From Basidiobolus meristosporus CBS 931.73 (Eukaryota; Fungi; Basidiobolomycota): a stretch of DNA of 64,000 bases. A program made the translations under genes and the position numbers. The notes under the pieces are model-generated. The model saw only the letters and a program-made list of their open reading frames with translations, ran no database searches and was not told the DNA's origin. Shown one piece after another: positions 37,648 through 50,766 of this stretch (position 1 is the first letter of the stretch; the number at the start of each line of letters is the position of its first letter). The DNA is taken from positions 124,001 through 188,000 of the forward strand of contig MCFE01000059.1 of assembly GCA_002104905.1 (NCBI GenBank), given 5' to 3'.

Positions 37648-38577
37648 TCAAGATGCTTTTTTATAGATTTCCCGGCACTTTTCCTCTACTTTGTAGTGTC
37701 GGTTTAGAGCGTCCGATCTTGGGAAGCTTTTGTAACATGCAATACATTCATAAGGACGGTTGCCTGTGTGCAAACGAGTGTGGCGCTGAAGGTCGTGCTT
37801 TCTAGCAAATGAGCGAGAACAGAACCCGCAGGAATGCGGGCGGAGATTGGAGTGGCTACGCATATGTGAAGTGAGATTGTACTGGCGACTAAACGATTTG
37901 GGGCAGCCTGGAAATGTGCATTTGAAGCTGTGTGTGGCGCTCAGCTCGCTACAACAGGTATTTTTGGAAGGTTTCTCCGGTAGAAAATCTTGGGCACATG
38001 CCTTCTTCGAGTGCAATGGAACAGATGTGGGTGCCATCTTAGGCCCTTTGGTGGAAGGTTCGTAAACTATGAACTTGATCTGCTCCAGGGCCTTGTGGGG
38101 CGGAACCATCTCAACATGGCTGTCAATTGTGTTCTCATTGAAATTCAGCGCTTTGAATACCAAGTTCTCCCAGTCATCGTTTGAGTGTGGAGATGGGTGA
38201 TTGCTCATCATCTGTGTGATGTCACAGTCTAAAAATAACCGACTCTCCCTAGTTGGGGTAATAGGTAAGGGGGTTAGCGATTCGCATTCCGAAATCTCGC
38301 TTCCAAAATGGTTGAACTCCAGGTCGAGCCCTATCTGCAATGGAGTTGTCAGCATGCCCTCCTCAGACGCAAAAGCCCCGTTACAAAACGAAGCGTCAGT
38401 GGAATATTTCAACTCCGAGAAAGGGTTGAACTCACACTCTAAGGAATCCGAAAAGCTGTATGAAATAGCATCCTCGATAAGGGGAGGCGTGTTTATGGCG
38501 GGTTGTAGTTGGCCAGGAAAGTAGCTAGAACTTAATATATAGTCACTCACAGAGTATTCATTATCAGGGATTGACAT
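37648..38577 (-). CDS. C2H2 zinc-finger transcription factor with Crz1-like three-finger DNA-binding domain
   Basis: Intronless. Fingers are CTFPGCPKSFSRQYNLTSHMRSH, CGFCSRSFARKHDLQRHTRLH and CIACYKSFPRSDALNRH; the N-terminal region is acidic and Ser-rich. Confidence 0.9.
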   Translation of the reverse strand: MSIPDNEYSVSDYILSSSYFPGQLQPAINTPPLIEDAISYSFSDSLECEFNPFSELKYSTDASFCNGAFASEEGMLTTPLQIGLDLEFNHFGSEISECESLTPLPITPTRESRLFLDCDITQMMSNHPSPHSNDDWENLVFKALNFNENTIDSHVEMVPPHKALEQIKFIVYEPSTKGPKMAPTSVPLHSKKACAQDFLPEKPSKNTCCSELSATHSFKCTFPGCPKSFSRQYNLTSHMRSHSNLRPHSCGFCSRSFARKHDLQRHTRLHTGNRPYECIACYKSFPRSDALNRHYKVEEKCREIYKKAS

Positions 38578-41500
38578 TTTGGTACTTTCAGAGCGCTTGG
38601 TGTATAGCTTGCCAGTACACTATCGATGGCTGTGATGGTTTTGTATAGGTAGCTGGGGATGTTGTTTATATATCCGTGCCCGCACACACTAGTTTCCGGA
38701 TGCTACGATGAAAAGCGACGTATGCTGGGAGATCTCGGGAAACGTGATTAGGATGAGCTAGGTAAGACAGGAGATGGTCATGGACGATAAACAAATCATA
38801 TATTTTACAATAGCCTCGAAAACATATCATCTCTCCACTGACACTTGAACTCAAAAATCTTAAGGAAAAGTAATTCAATTTTATGTGCAAGTCATGGAGT
38901 GTTCAATAACCGGTATTATGAGCATCTCGTATGTGGGCCAAGAACAGGGCTATTCCCGACCTTTTCGGAGCAGTTGTTATTTTATTGTATTGATACCTAC
39001 TGGAAATGGCTGATCCACCGCATGCATGATCATATAAAGCGGAGCGGTGGGCGAATAAGGAAAATCCCCTAGCAGGTTTTGTGGCGTGAATGGGTACTCT
39101 TTTGAATCAGCGTACGCATTTAGAAATAAGGTTAAGGCTTTGGTATGGACTACCATATCTGCGCGAGGTGGGTATGGGCTCCACCCTATACCACAATATT
39201 TGAATTGGGCAAACGAAACTCTTCCACAGCTAGGCGCCACAAGGGCTTGGGAACACCCCATCAAAAAAGGGAATAATTATCTGCGTTCAGATATGGGGAT
39301 TGTGTTGTATTTGGATGAATCGAGTTCTACAGGCGAATCGCTCTGGCAAGTACAATTGTGCACACTGTAAGGTACTGAATGAATCTGTAAACTATCCATC
39401 GTGAGGGTTTCCATTATGAATGGAGTATATTATCAATATCAGGGTCTGATATCCCTATGGGTTGACATTTCTACGTGGTTTCTAGCATGCTCTACCGGGT
39501 AGCCCGATTCTTACCCCATGGAGGGGATGTAGAATTACCAGGTTTCACTGAACACACAGCATTGGGTCTACCAGGTGAGATTCTTCATCTAAGCATATAC
39601 AGCCTAATTCGCGGCCGATACGTGTAATCGACAGTGCAGCATGCACGGTGTATTTGAGCGAGAAAACCGATATCTCTGGACCTTGCAACAGTGTTCCCCA
39701 CCCCCTAAACTATTTGGAAAGGTCAGATGGATGTGTTGAGTAAACCCATCGCTACTGATGCATTGGGCCTGAAAAGTAGCTCACTCAACAGCCAACCGGC
39801 CTGGTTGGCCAACGTAAGATTACTCAGTCCTTGATTCATATCCAAAAATTCAAAGCTCGGTAGATTCAATCAATTATAACAGCATGTTTTAGACTCGATT
39901 TAGGATGGATGGCTTCGACATTATCTCCTCTTTTGAGCATGGTGGCAACACTTCTTGACATCCAGGTTTCAATTCAGCTGAATGACATACTTGAGTCATC
40001 GAATGGTCCGACAAGAAAGCACCCTCAAGCTCCTTTAACTGCGTGAACAAATCCATTGGTATCATATGAAAGGCCCTTTCGAGAGTACCATGGATCAACT
40101 AGTGGTTTGCGGTAATTCCATTGACGGATTGTGTTGCATTTGGGGCGTATTGTTGATTGTACGTCGTTACTTCATGACGGTGACATGTATCGACTCGCTA
40201 TTCTGGGCAGCTACACTCAAAGATTGTCGATTCTGATAGGAAGCAGCAATGAGGTTCGCTCCATCTATCCCACCAACCATTCTACTCACGGCGGTCCGAA
40301 TGGGTATTTAATTGATCATTGGCATACCACGGCTCTATTGAACGTGGCTTGGGACAGCACTACGATATGCTGCGAAACTCCTCCATAACCCCGTATTACT
40401 CTTGGGCTTGCCTCCCACTCTTTGATTGGAAATGATGATCCATTATACTGAAGGGATTTTCCTAATATGTCCTTCCAACCTCGCCAATATATCCCGAATA
40501 AAGAGCCACTTGGTAAGAACTATTGCTGGGAACCCGGATCCGAACAACAGGTAATGTCTCAAGCTCACTCTTTACTTGCTTGTGTGATGATGACTGATGT
40601 TCCGTTTTGTGTAAATTCTGGGCAGTATCATAAAAGTAGTTTTGATTTCAGCCATACCTGGTGGCTTGTTGGACTTGCCAAGTTTGAAGACCTTACAAAG
40701 TGGTCTCATTTACGGAAGTGGAATAGGGTTCTGGAGTTTCAAATCCAAACTCTTCCTAAATTCCGATCTACCAGTGACCCAAACATATGATTGCCAACTC
40801 AGTGAAACTTCTATCGCACTGCACCAAGCATGTGGTCTGGAACCATTCCTGACTATGCACAAAGCCACATCTTGTGGCTAAGCTCAGTTATCTGGGTAAT
40901 TCGTCAATTCACATTATGGGTACTGTTGGAATGCGCCTTGTCTGTGGTACCGATCCTTTCACCTTGTAATTATCAATTGATATCACGAAGATAGCAGGAC
41001 TTTCCGTATCACTGGCTCTTAAAATTGAACTGATCTGTGAGACACAATCACAAATCGGTATAAGCTGCTCGGAGAAATGATCCACTTGGGACGATAGACA
41101 AGCACAGTCCAAATTACCAAACACATCCGGTAATGAGATAGAGTCTTGGATAGCCCGAGGTCCTAGACCCTGTCCAAAGATATTATCTTTGGCACACGCC
41201 TCTTAGTTACCAGCGCTGAAAAGAATGCCGAGGATTGTGCATCGTAATATATGAAATGATGTACCCGGCTGAGCCTGGCTTTGACTTCTTTTTGAGAAAT
41301 AACCTGGCAATAGTTTTCTTTACAAATCAATACGATATCTAGACAAGCGAACATGAAAATCACATTCGGAATTTATTCCAAGAGAAACACGTGCTAAAGC
41401 TTCAGTGAAAATAGGGTAAGTCCGACTCTAGGAGAATCCACGAGACCAGTTTATGCCATCTCTTCAAACTGAGATGCCGGCATGGGCAAAAACATTTCCC

Positions 41501-43567
41501 AGAGTATATTAAATCATTAGAACCTTGCAGCCAGACTGGCTGCTAGACATTGTCTAGATTACTCAGTCTCTGAAGCTCTTCACGAATCATGAATATGAGT
41601 GTTGGGCGAACGAACCTACAATGCATAATGGTCTCACCGTGAATGATTGATCTATCGTGTGACACGAACAGATTTCAGTCTCTAATAAGCTCTAATCGAT
41701 TCCACTCCGGTGATATGAGTTAAAACTACCCCAAGAGAGCCGTCATGCAAACATGCAGTCGGGTGGATGTGCTCTTACCCAAATGCTGCGTTAGTCATCA
41801 GTGAAAAATAATGCACACTGCAAACAAAATCAATTGGCTCTATGTCCAGGTATTCTCCCAGCCTGCATAGCAATAGTTCGAGAGTATGCGATGGGCTCAA
41901 CCAATATTTATGAGCACCCTTGTAGTCTGATTTCTACTACCACACTCGGCACAGAACGTCAAAGGTGATGGTGGCTCAAAGTCTTCAATAGAATGAATAT
42001 GGTCTCTGAATCGCGATCACAGGTGGAGGCTATACGCTATTATTGACCATGAAAATGATGAGCGTTATTGCGCTAATTGAAAGCCATGCGTCATGCCTTA
42101 AGTTTTAATGGCCTGACGTACACTCTGTCGGTATCATTTATAGGGTTACGTATCTCCGACAGATCATCTATACAAAAATTATGCTTTGAGCAAACGGACA
42201 GTATGTAGAAGGGATAGATGACCAAGTTTCATTAGCGATCGATGGAGGGCTGACGGACTTGGATGGTCTTCAGTATATTTAAGATTTCCCCGAAAATGAC
42301 CACAAACTATACCATTCCAGCTAGGCATCACGATGCTGGCCCTGAAGATTATCCAAGTTACTGACGGGCCTAGTCAAGCATAGTCATGCAATCAGCATGA
42401 CTAGTATCAATCTAGCTTTGGTGAAATCGTAAAAGTCCGTTACTGCTACAGCTGCTTTGAGCTGCCCTTAACGACAATGTGTGGGTGCCATTAATTGAGG
42501 GTAGGTGCCCTTTAGTAAGCATGAGCGCTTGATGACCTCATGTGAAACAGTAACACTTGCAACACTTCCCATTTCGATATTTCCACTGCGCCTTCTGTAA
42601 GAGATTCCATTTTTTGAACATCCAATCAAGAAAGGGAATTGGTGTACTTGGTGCCTTATTGGGAATGACTAAGAATAGATTTGCCACCAGGTCAAATTCA
42701 TCAAGTGAAAATGGGAATTCCTAGATGATTGATTGCGGCGAAGGCGGGCCTATTTCTCCATTCTCTAAGTACTGTATTATTTGATCAGATTATGTTGGGC
42801 AGGGATTGAACAGTACGTGCTTAGGCTTTGTAGACTTACACTGTTACCAAAGAGCCAGCACCGCATCTGGCGCCCAAGTAGCTATCCCAAACTTACCAAA
42901 GCTAGATATTATTTGCGATCACGATGAAGCTGGGAGAGGTGGTCGTTTTGGGATGGTGGGGAAGCCCATTCAAGCATCTGAAGTTGGATTAACCTTGTTC
43001 TGTGTCGGTTTATTTTGGAATACGCGATAATGGATCATACTCTCAGCCACTGTGCATTTGGAAAAGATCTTAATTAAAGTCAGTCAAGGGATATTTTTAT
43101 TCACGTCAAAAGCCGAAGCCCCCTATCAGAATCAATACGCTCATATCTCAAGTAAGACATCGCGCGTATGGGCTTGACTAATAGCAAGTTATTTTTGAAT
43201 ACTTGTCAATGTTGCGCCAAATGTTCATTTATCGCTGTTCCATATAGAAGTCGAATTTAAGTAGAGATGAATATAATTGCATTGGGCACACTTCTGATTG
43301 ATTGGTGGGCTTGGCCAATATAGGGTTACACTGTTTTTTTGTAAGTGTACCGAGTACTCCCCCACATCGTGCCTATGAATCATCTTTTCAATTTAAAAGC
43401 AGATGGGTTGATCCTTCCAAACCCATCTACGGCTGATTCGGTCCTCAACCCTGAATTAGCAGGAATTCTGCGTATTGTTGATATATATATATTGCCTGGT
43501 TAGAGCCTCTTTCCCCCTTACATTCCCTTCTACCCCATCGACCTGCTAGACAGTGTATTGTACCATT

Positions 43568-45206
43568 ATGAAGTCCTTACTTAACCGCCTCGCTGTTATC
43601 GCCACCACACTAGCAGCAGTTCAAGCCCAGATTGACAAAGAGGGTCAATGGGATTTAATCGGACACTCGGGCGTCTCGGCGATGCATATGGCTCTGACCC
43701 ACACCAACCATGTAATTATTCTCGACAGAGTGCAAAAAGCCTCCAAATTGTATCTTCCTAGCGGTGACTTCGCTTGGGGATCAGAGTACGACCTGGAAAC
43801 AAACACAGTCCGTCCTTTGGACTTGAAGAGTAATACCTTTTGCTCAGCCGGTGGATTTTTATCGGATGGGGTATGTGGTAATCAAAACGCACCTTCTGCA
43901 ACCGATACTAACCGTATTGCCTTTACAGACATTGATCAACGTATCCGGTTCTCAGGGTAGAAGAAAGATCAAGGAAGGGTTTAATGGTATCCGCTCGTTC
44001 AAGCCTTGTACAAATAAACTATGCGACTTCAACCAAGATTTCAACATTACACTCGAAAGCAAAAGATGGTATCCAACTGTTGAAGGACTTGCTGACGGAA
44101 GGCTGATTATCATCGGCGGTTCAACAACCACATGTGCCGTCAATACCGAAGAGATCAACGTTCCTACATTCGAGCTTTACCCCCAACTACCTGACGACCC
44201 GTTCAAAGGACAAAAAGAGCTCAATTTATTGAAAGAAACGCTTCCTAACAATTTATACCCTGCTGCACACTTACTGCCCAACGGCAATCTATTCATTTTT
44301 GCAAGCACCAAATCTGTGATTTTGAACACAAAGACATGGGAAGTAGAAAGAGAGCTTCCAGAAATCCCCGGCGGCGTTCGTACTTATCCACTTACTGGTG
44401 CCTCTATCCTGTTACCACTTTCCTCCGAAAACAAATATCAGGCTGAGGTGCTGATATGTGGCGGTAGTACAAAATACAACAGAAATAGCCCCGGTATAAC
44501 TTCCTGCGGTCGTATAAACCTAGATGATGAAAACCCACAATGGGAGATGGAAGAAATGCCAATCCCTCGAGTTATGCCCGACATGATGGCCCTCCCTGAT
44601 GGAAAGCTGATTATCTTGAATGGTGTACAAGTTGGCACCGCAGGATTTAATCGTGCCAGCAGCCCCGCCTTCTCACCAGTCATATATGATCCCAAAGCAC
44701 CCAAGGGAGAGCGCTTTACCACCTTAAGGCCTTCAACAATCCCTAGAGTTTATCATTCCACCGCCATCCTAATCCCCGATGGGCGTATATTTGTCGCTGG
44801 AAGCAATCCAAACACTGATGCCACCTTTGAGAAGGTCGATTATCCTACGGAGTATCGTATTGAGGCGTTTTCCCCACCATATTTGTTTGGCGAAACGCCA
44901 CGACCTGTCATCAATAAGGTTCCAGAGAAAATCACTTATGGCGAAAGCTTTGAATTAGATATCGGTTACTTCACAGAAAATCCAGAGATTAAGGTAGTGT
45001 TAATTCATACGGGCTTCGCCACACATAGCACACATATGAGTCATCGTCATGTTACTCTGGAACAGGTGAAGATCGAGGGAAACAAAATCACAGTGAGAGC
45101 ACCACTTAACGCCAACATTGCCCCACCCAAGCATTATATGGTGTTTGTACTAGAAAACAACATACCATCTATTGCCAAGTGGGTACAGGTGGTGAATAAG
45201 ATCTAA
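43568..45206 (+). CDS. Secreted copper-radical oxidase, glyoxal oxidase type (CAZy AA5_1)
   Basis: Exons 43568-43870 and 43929-45206, with a signal peptide. Contains GVSAMHM, NTFCSAG (Cys), RWYPT (Tyr), RVYHS (Tyr/His), FVAGSNPN and FATHS (His), plus a C-terminal DUF1929-like Ig domain. Confidence 0.92.
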
Positions 45207-45946
45207 ATTAAGGCAATCTTCTATTTTGAGACGAAAGCCCTTTTTGACCTACCATCGCTAGATACCCTCTCATTGTCTTTTTTAAATAAACACCGATAAT
45301 ATATTTCTAGATATCGCATTCATTCCATCTTATTATCACGCCTGCTTTCTCATTTGTACAACAATCTCCCTTCTAGTTGCTCTAAGGCTGGTGTCCCACA
45401 GTTGCAGTTATGCTTGGGCGTAATAAACTACCTATTCTATAAACGGGTTTCCTGACCCAGGAATCTATGTTGTGCCGTTGTGTCAATAGTGATAAGACCA
45501 GGGTTCATATAGCAATATCTCGTGTGACTCTAGAAATCAAGAAGCTCTATTAATCAGGAAATGCTGTGGCATATAGACTTTCATGAGTAGTCTGGAGTAA
45601 TACACCGTGCCGCGGTTCCCAACAGGCTTGGGAGACATTGGATATATATCCCTTAACTACTGGTGGCACAGTACCTATTGCCGCCCTTTTGCGTCGGACC
45701 TTTTTATCAATCAGTACCTGGAATTACCTTTACCTGATCTTCCAGTGTGCTTGTAGTTATGGGCGGCTAAGTTGCAAACGATTGCTTGGACTTCCAATAG
45801 CTCCTTGCTATTTCCTACAGTACTGAAAACACTTCTATTTAGCAAGCTACATGATTGCTCAAAGCAGAAGATTCGAAGACGGGCCCCATTGAACAAATTT
45901 ATTTTAGTTATCCCAAGGAGATAGAAATCAAGGTGCACGGATTTCA

Positions 45947-46927
45947 TTATTCGGCCTTTTTGAATTCAGGTTTGGCTGGGATTGTGAAAGGAATGAACCT
46001 TGGTACTGCCTTTTTGTAGATCTTGTAAAGTGGATACTTTTTCTGTGTCAACATTTCAGTCACCAGAGTGGAGGCTTGGAATAAGGCGGTCAGTGACAGC
46101 GTACCAATGCCTGTCCAATGGAACCAAGTTGCACCTTCCATACTTGAAATGCCAAACAAATAGATTCCCCACCAAAAGGCCATCTCTCCAACGTAATTGG
46201 GATGTCTTGAAATCCCGAAGAGACCACTTGATAAGAATCCTCGCTTATAATCGTCTTCAAGAACAGCATTGGTCCGGATTAAATGGTGCTTACGCTCTTG
46301 GAAATTCCACTGTTGTTGATCGGCAACGATTTCTAATAGGATAGAAGCTAGACAAATTCCAGCCGCTGCGGTGTCGAGCCAATTATATGCCACCTTGTTT
46401 CCAACTCGAAGCACCACATAGCCCGGGAAAACCAAAGCTAGCAGAAGAAGATTCTGCCAGATGGCGATGAAAACCACATTCAAGATCTGAAACAACACCG
46501 GATGGAGGAAAGATCGAATGACGGGCCAACGGTAATCTTCTCCTGCCCAAGTATATCCTCCTTTGCGATGGAAGTTATATGTAAGTCTGGCCCCCCATAT
46601 CGTGGTTAGATAAAGAACCAAGCGTACTCGAGTGATTTGTAGCATCTCTTGAATATCCCCCAATCCGAAGCACCATACCCACAGATAATACACCGGGAGT
46701 ATTGACCATAGTTTGTCAACTTGCGAATAGTTCCCACTGATAACAGAGAGCAACCAAGTCACAAACGTAGCAAAGCCGCATATTACCAACGCATAGACAA
46801 ATGGATCCGAGGCAGACAGGGCGACTATGTTCGGGTGCAAGTTGTCCAATCCCCAACCATTGTTACCTACTTGAAACCAAATAGATTCAAGGAATGAATA
46901 TGTTGCGTTCCATGTAGTGTAATCCAT
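45947..46927 (-). CDS. DUF1295 / steroid 5-alpha-reductase-like membrane protein
   Basis: Intronless. Contains NYSQVDKLWSILP, WGARLTYNFHRKGGY..EDYRW, ADQQQWNFQ and GLFGISRHPNYVGE. Confidence 0.9.
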   Translation of the reverse strand: MDYTTWNATYSFLESIWFQVGNNGWGLDNLHPNIVALSASDPFVYALVICGFATFVTWLLSVISGNYSQVDKLWSILPVYYLWVWCFGLGDIQEMLQITRVRLVLYLTTIWGARLTYNFHRKGGYTWAGEDYRWPVIRSFLHPVLFQILNVVFIAIWQNLLLLALVFPGYVVLRVGNKVAYNWLDTAAAGICLASILLEIVADQQQWNFQERKHHLIRTNAVLEDDYKRGFLSSGLFGISRHPNYVGEMAFWWGIYLFGISSMEGATWFHWTGIGTLSLTALFQASTLVTEMLTQKKYPLYKIYKKAVPRFIPFTIPAKPEFKKAE

Positions 46928-47297
46928 GCTTTAGTATCGGTGGTGAAAGTAGCAAACTTGAGACTTGTCTAAGCCACAAGTGAATACTCACGTTTCGAAG
47001 AATGAATAACGATAGCAAAAAGATTTGCTTTTTGGTGACTTTCTGGGACCCTAATCCTGGCCCCCAAAGCTGCATTGCGCAATCATCAATTTCCAGCACA
47101 AGCTACAATTATAATCGAGCATTTCACTGATGCGAATATAATTTGGTATTTATTTCTAGCATGCGTGGTTGCACAGATACACTCAAATTTAACTTGGATT
47201 TGGAATTGGTGTTCACGTAATGGAGGCATCGCGCCAAATCAATAAATAAATACATCCTCCTCTGGGTAGACAAGCGCTCCATTCTTTAAAACTACTG

Positions 47298-48710
47298 CTA
47301 TTTGTTCACAAAGGATTTTTTTAGTTGGGCGCTCGGGCACCATTGTGAAACTGGGCATTCTGAACATTTGGGCTTCACCCCCTTGCACATGATCTGTCCA
47401 AAGCCAACAAGCAAGGGGTTGATCCCCCTCCAGTATTCCTGAGGCAGCCAGTCTTCTAAAGCCTAATTAATATACACGTATGAGGGATATGGGGATATTC
47501 TCCAAGAGAAAATGCCACAGCTTTACCACTCTGGTGTCTTCTGGAGCCGTAGTTTTCACCCATCCTAGTCGGTTGGTAATACGATGGACATGAATATCAA
47601 CACCAATGCCAGTATTTCTAAGGGATTTCGGATCAGCACCAGTAGGAAAACAAGACAATATGGAAAAGCTCACTTGAACCAAGCACATTGCATCGTCAGA
47701 TAAGCCTAAGGGCGTATATCAGACTCCTAGTTCAAGAATACAAAGTACCAAAGCTCAATACCATCTTGGGGCCCACACCAGGGAGTTTGATCAAATCCTC
47801 TACATTATCTGGAATGTCGCCATCATATTGCTCGACGCATATTTTGGCGGAGCGTTGTATAAAGCTAGGTATGCGACGTCAATACAAAGGGACGCCAAAT
47901 ACACATGCATTGTTGAAAAAGCCTACCCTCTCTTGGACTGATGAAAGCCAACTTTACTGATGCATTGACCCAGCAATTCACCATCCATCTCGAGAACTGA
48001 CTTGGCGGAAATTTCCCCGAGTTGATTCAGCTTCTTGATAGCATCTGCCGTCACTTCGTCTTTGGTTCTTGAAGAAAGCATCAGCGCCAGAAGAGTTTGA
48101 AATCTAAAATTCTGCCTGGATTGTTGATATACTATACACTTCCGATATCAAATCAATTGGATCAAGTGCTCACCTTTGGGTTTGCTGCTGCATCACCCAA
48201 CCTCTCACATCCCATTGTATCGACAGCTGCAGTATGTGTTCGTCTATATTCAGCAATTTTGTCATACACCATCTTCCAATTTTCTGGCTCCTCGTTGAGT
48301 TCTCTTTTGTTCGCCTTGGAGCGGGTGAATACTTTGGGTAGCGTATCTAGATTTTTCTCTTTTTTCAAAGTGATCTTCTTTGTTGGCGTATCGAGAGGAA
48401 AGTATTTAAGCGAGGAGGAATCTGTGAGCGTATTCTCTTCTTTCTTGATTGGTTGAAAATCGACCTTCGAGGCGGCGGGATCACCGCTGGTCTTGGATGT
48501 TTTCGTGTATTTCCTGGGAACTTTCTGGCCCCCCAGGCGCGCCGCCTTCGAAATGGACTCTGGAGTGGTGTTTTCTTGCTTTACCAGGTTTTCACCTTCC
48601 GAAGAATTGGTGTCGGAGAAATCGCTGGGAACTGGGGTCAAACTCGAGTCCGAGCTGAAATCCACTTCTTTTTTGACTTTTGTGCTTCTGGAATTAGACC
48701 TTAGTTTCAT
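47298..48710 (-). CDS. NTH1: Endonuclease III homolog (NTH1/Ntg, HhH-GPD glycosylase/AP lyase with 4Fe-4S motif)
   Basis: Multi-exon. Contains [17 protein letters not shown] (catalytic Lys), [17 protein letters not shown] (Asp), [10 protein letters not shown] and [17 protein letters not shown] (CX6CX2CX5C). Confidence 0.92.
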
Positions 48711-49083
48711 GCTCGACAGGTGGACTACCTGGGACAGTGGAGCTGCGTAAAAGGGAATTGGGTGAGGAATTAAATTGGTAATGTTAATGTATGCTTTAAA
48801 AAAATTGCTCCGAAGATTCACCATCAATGGTCAGGAAATCTGGTCGCACCCATCAATTCAGGATTATATAGTGTGGGTTGACTGAGGTAATCAGATCGGT
48901 CGTCAATGTTCCTTCATTTGACTTCACCTACAAATACATCTGTTTACTTCATAAAATCAAAGCCACCAATCATCGAGGCGTGGCATCAACTATGAGTAGA
49001 CACTGACCTATGATTACGATCTAGGTGATGATTTTGTAATCGTGTTTAGCACAGTGACCTGTCTTACCCAAGACGCTTTCATT

Positions 49084-50474
49084 ATGTTTAAAACAGTTGC
49101 TCGATTACAGTTACATAATAATACGCGCTTCACGCGTTTGGCTCTCAGGAGTGGTCTCATACCCTCGAAACGATACTTCAGTGATGTTCCAGAGTTCACT
49201 GTCGATCATCTAGTCATTGGCGGGGGAGTGGTTGGCTTAGCAGTAGCCGAGAGACTGTCGAGGCATTCAGGAAGTTCTACCATTGTAGTTGAAAAGAACT
49301 CAAGAATCGGTGAGGAGACCAGGTTTGTTAAAAGATCCATTATCTTGGCCAGTCGTGTTTGACCAGTCTCAACAGAAGTGGTCTAATAGCTGATTCTACT
49401 TTGTAGTTCTCGTAACAGTGAAGTTATTCATGCCGGCCTTTACTACCCGGAGGACTCTTTAAAGACCAGCCTGTGTATTCGCGGAAAAAACATGTTATAT
49501 GATTTTTGTAACAAGCATGCTGTTCCTCATTCGCAAATCGGCAAGTGGGTTGTAGCCAAAAATGAGGAGCAAACAGACTATTTGTTACGATTGGAAGAGA
49601 AGGCGAAGCGCTTGAACATCCCAGCAGAGTTTATATCTTTGAAAGAGAGAGAGAGACTAGAGCCAGCAGTCAGAGCCAAAGAAGCTTTAGTAAGTCCAAC
49701 TACGGGAATCGTTGACTCCCACGCATTGATGGAACGCCTAGAATACATCATCACCGAGAACGGGGCTGATGTTGCATGTATGACCTCAGTAGAGGGAATA
49801 GTGAAGGCCGAGGGTGGTCAAGGATATATGGTGAAGGTGAACACCGATGGCGATGTAAGTTTCATCTTAGCCAAGACTGTTATCAATTGTGCTGGATTAT
49901 GGGCAGATCGTATCGCAGGCATGGTGATGGACCAGAACAGTCAAAGCTGGAAAGATTTGAAAATTCACTATGTGAAAGGACATTACTATGGCTACCGTGG
50001 CTTACCAAAGGTGTCTCGGCTGATATATCCTTGCCCCGAGAGAAACCTCGCTGGTCTAGGAACTCATTTAACTTTAGATCTGGCTGGCAAAATGAAGTTT
50101 GGCCCAGATGTTAAATATATCAAGGACCCCAGCGATTACCATATCGAAGAAGGTGAAAGGCTAGACGACTTTCTGAATGCCATTAGAGAGTACCTGCCAG
50201 AAGTCAGGCAGGAGGGCCTGTATGCGGACTACACCGGAATCAGGTAATTGAACAAACAATTTCACACCACTGTGCATTCCATTGATTCCGATTTCATGCA
50301 AGACCGAAGCTTCAAGCACCTGGTGACCCATTTAGGGATTTTGTTATCCGAGAAGAAATCGACAATAATCTGCCTGGCTTCGTCAACTGCGTAGGCATCG
50401 AAAGTCCCGGTTTGACCGCGTCGTTGGCCATCGGGGAGATGGTAGAGAGGATCCTTTATGGGAAGTCGCTTTAA
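49084..50474 (+). CDS. L2HGDH: Mitochondrial L-2-hydroxyglutarate dehydrogenase (FAD-dependent)
   Basis: Exons 49084-49322, 49407-50243, 50303-50474. Arg-rich presequence, then VIGGGVVGLA, ETSSRNSEVIHAGLYYP, GLGTHLTLDL, YTGIRPKL and GIESPGLTASLAIG. Confidence 0.92.
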
Positions 50475-50766
50475 ATGAAGTAAAATGCTCGCGATTTTTA
50501 TTGTATTCTGAATTTCAAGATACCGAGGGTTCACTCGCATTGTCTGGTGTTGCATCAATAAAGTTACCTCTGATACCCATAAACTGCAGATATAGGGAGC
50601 ATAAACTTGTTTCAAGGTTTCCAGCTTAAAACGTATTATGTGGAAGAGAGCGATGCGAAAAAGATGCTCTAAACTGGAAAGGGGAGGCGTATCATTAGGC
50701 TTGTGGTACTCTGGGTAAAGACTGAATCAAAATGCTTGGTGATGGGAATGTCTATTTGGAGCAGAA

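Noticed and set aside
39086-39370. KVKAL..SARGGYG..PQYLNW resembling S66 LD-carboxypeptidase (possible bacterial HGT relic)
   Set aside because: The nucleophile GYSD and the downstream HGP/GGNL/ED motifs are absent in the frames I inspected; probably chance. A tBLASTn with S66 proteins would settle it.
39889-40098. HSAELKPG resembling the start of Ty3/gypsy RT (HxIELKPG)
   Set aside because: No RT core (LPFG, YxDD), integrase or LTR was found.
25690-50474. Functional clustering of AlkB, NTH1 and L2HGDH (DNA repair and 2OG-dioxygenase protection); NTH1 and L2HGDH are head-to-head, 373 bp apart
   Set aside because: The genes are spread over 25 kb among unrelated housekeeping genes, and short divergent spacing is ordinary in compact fungal genomes.
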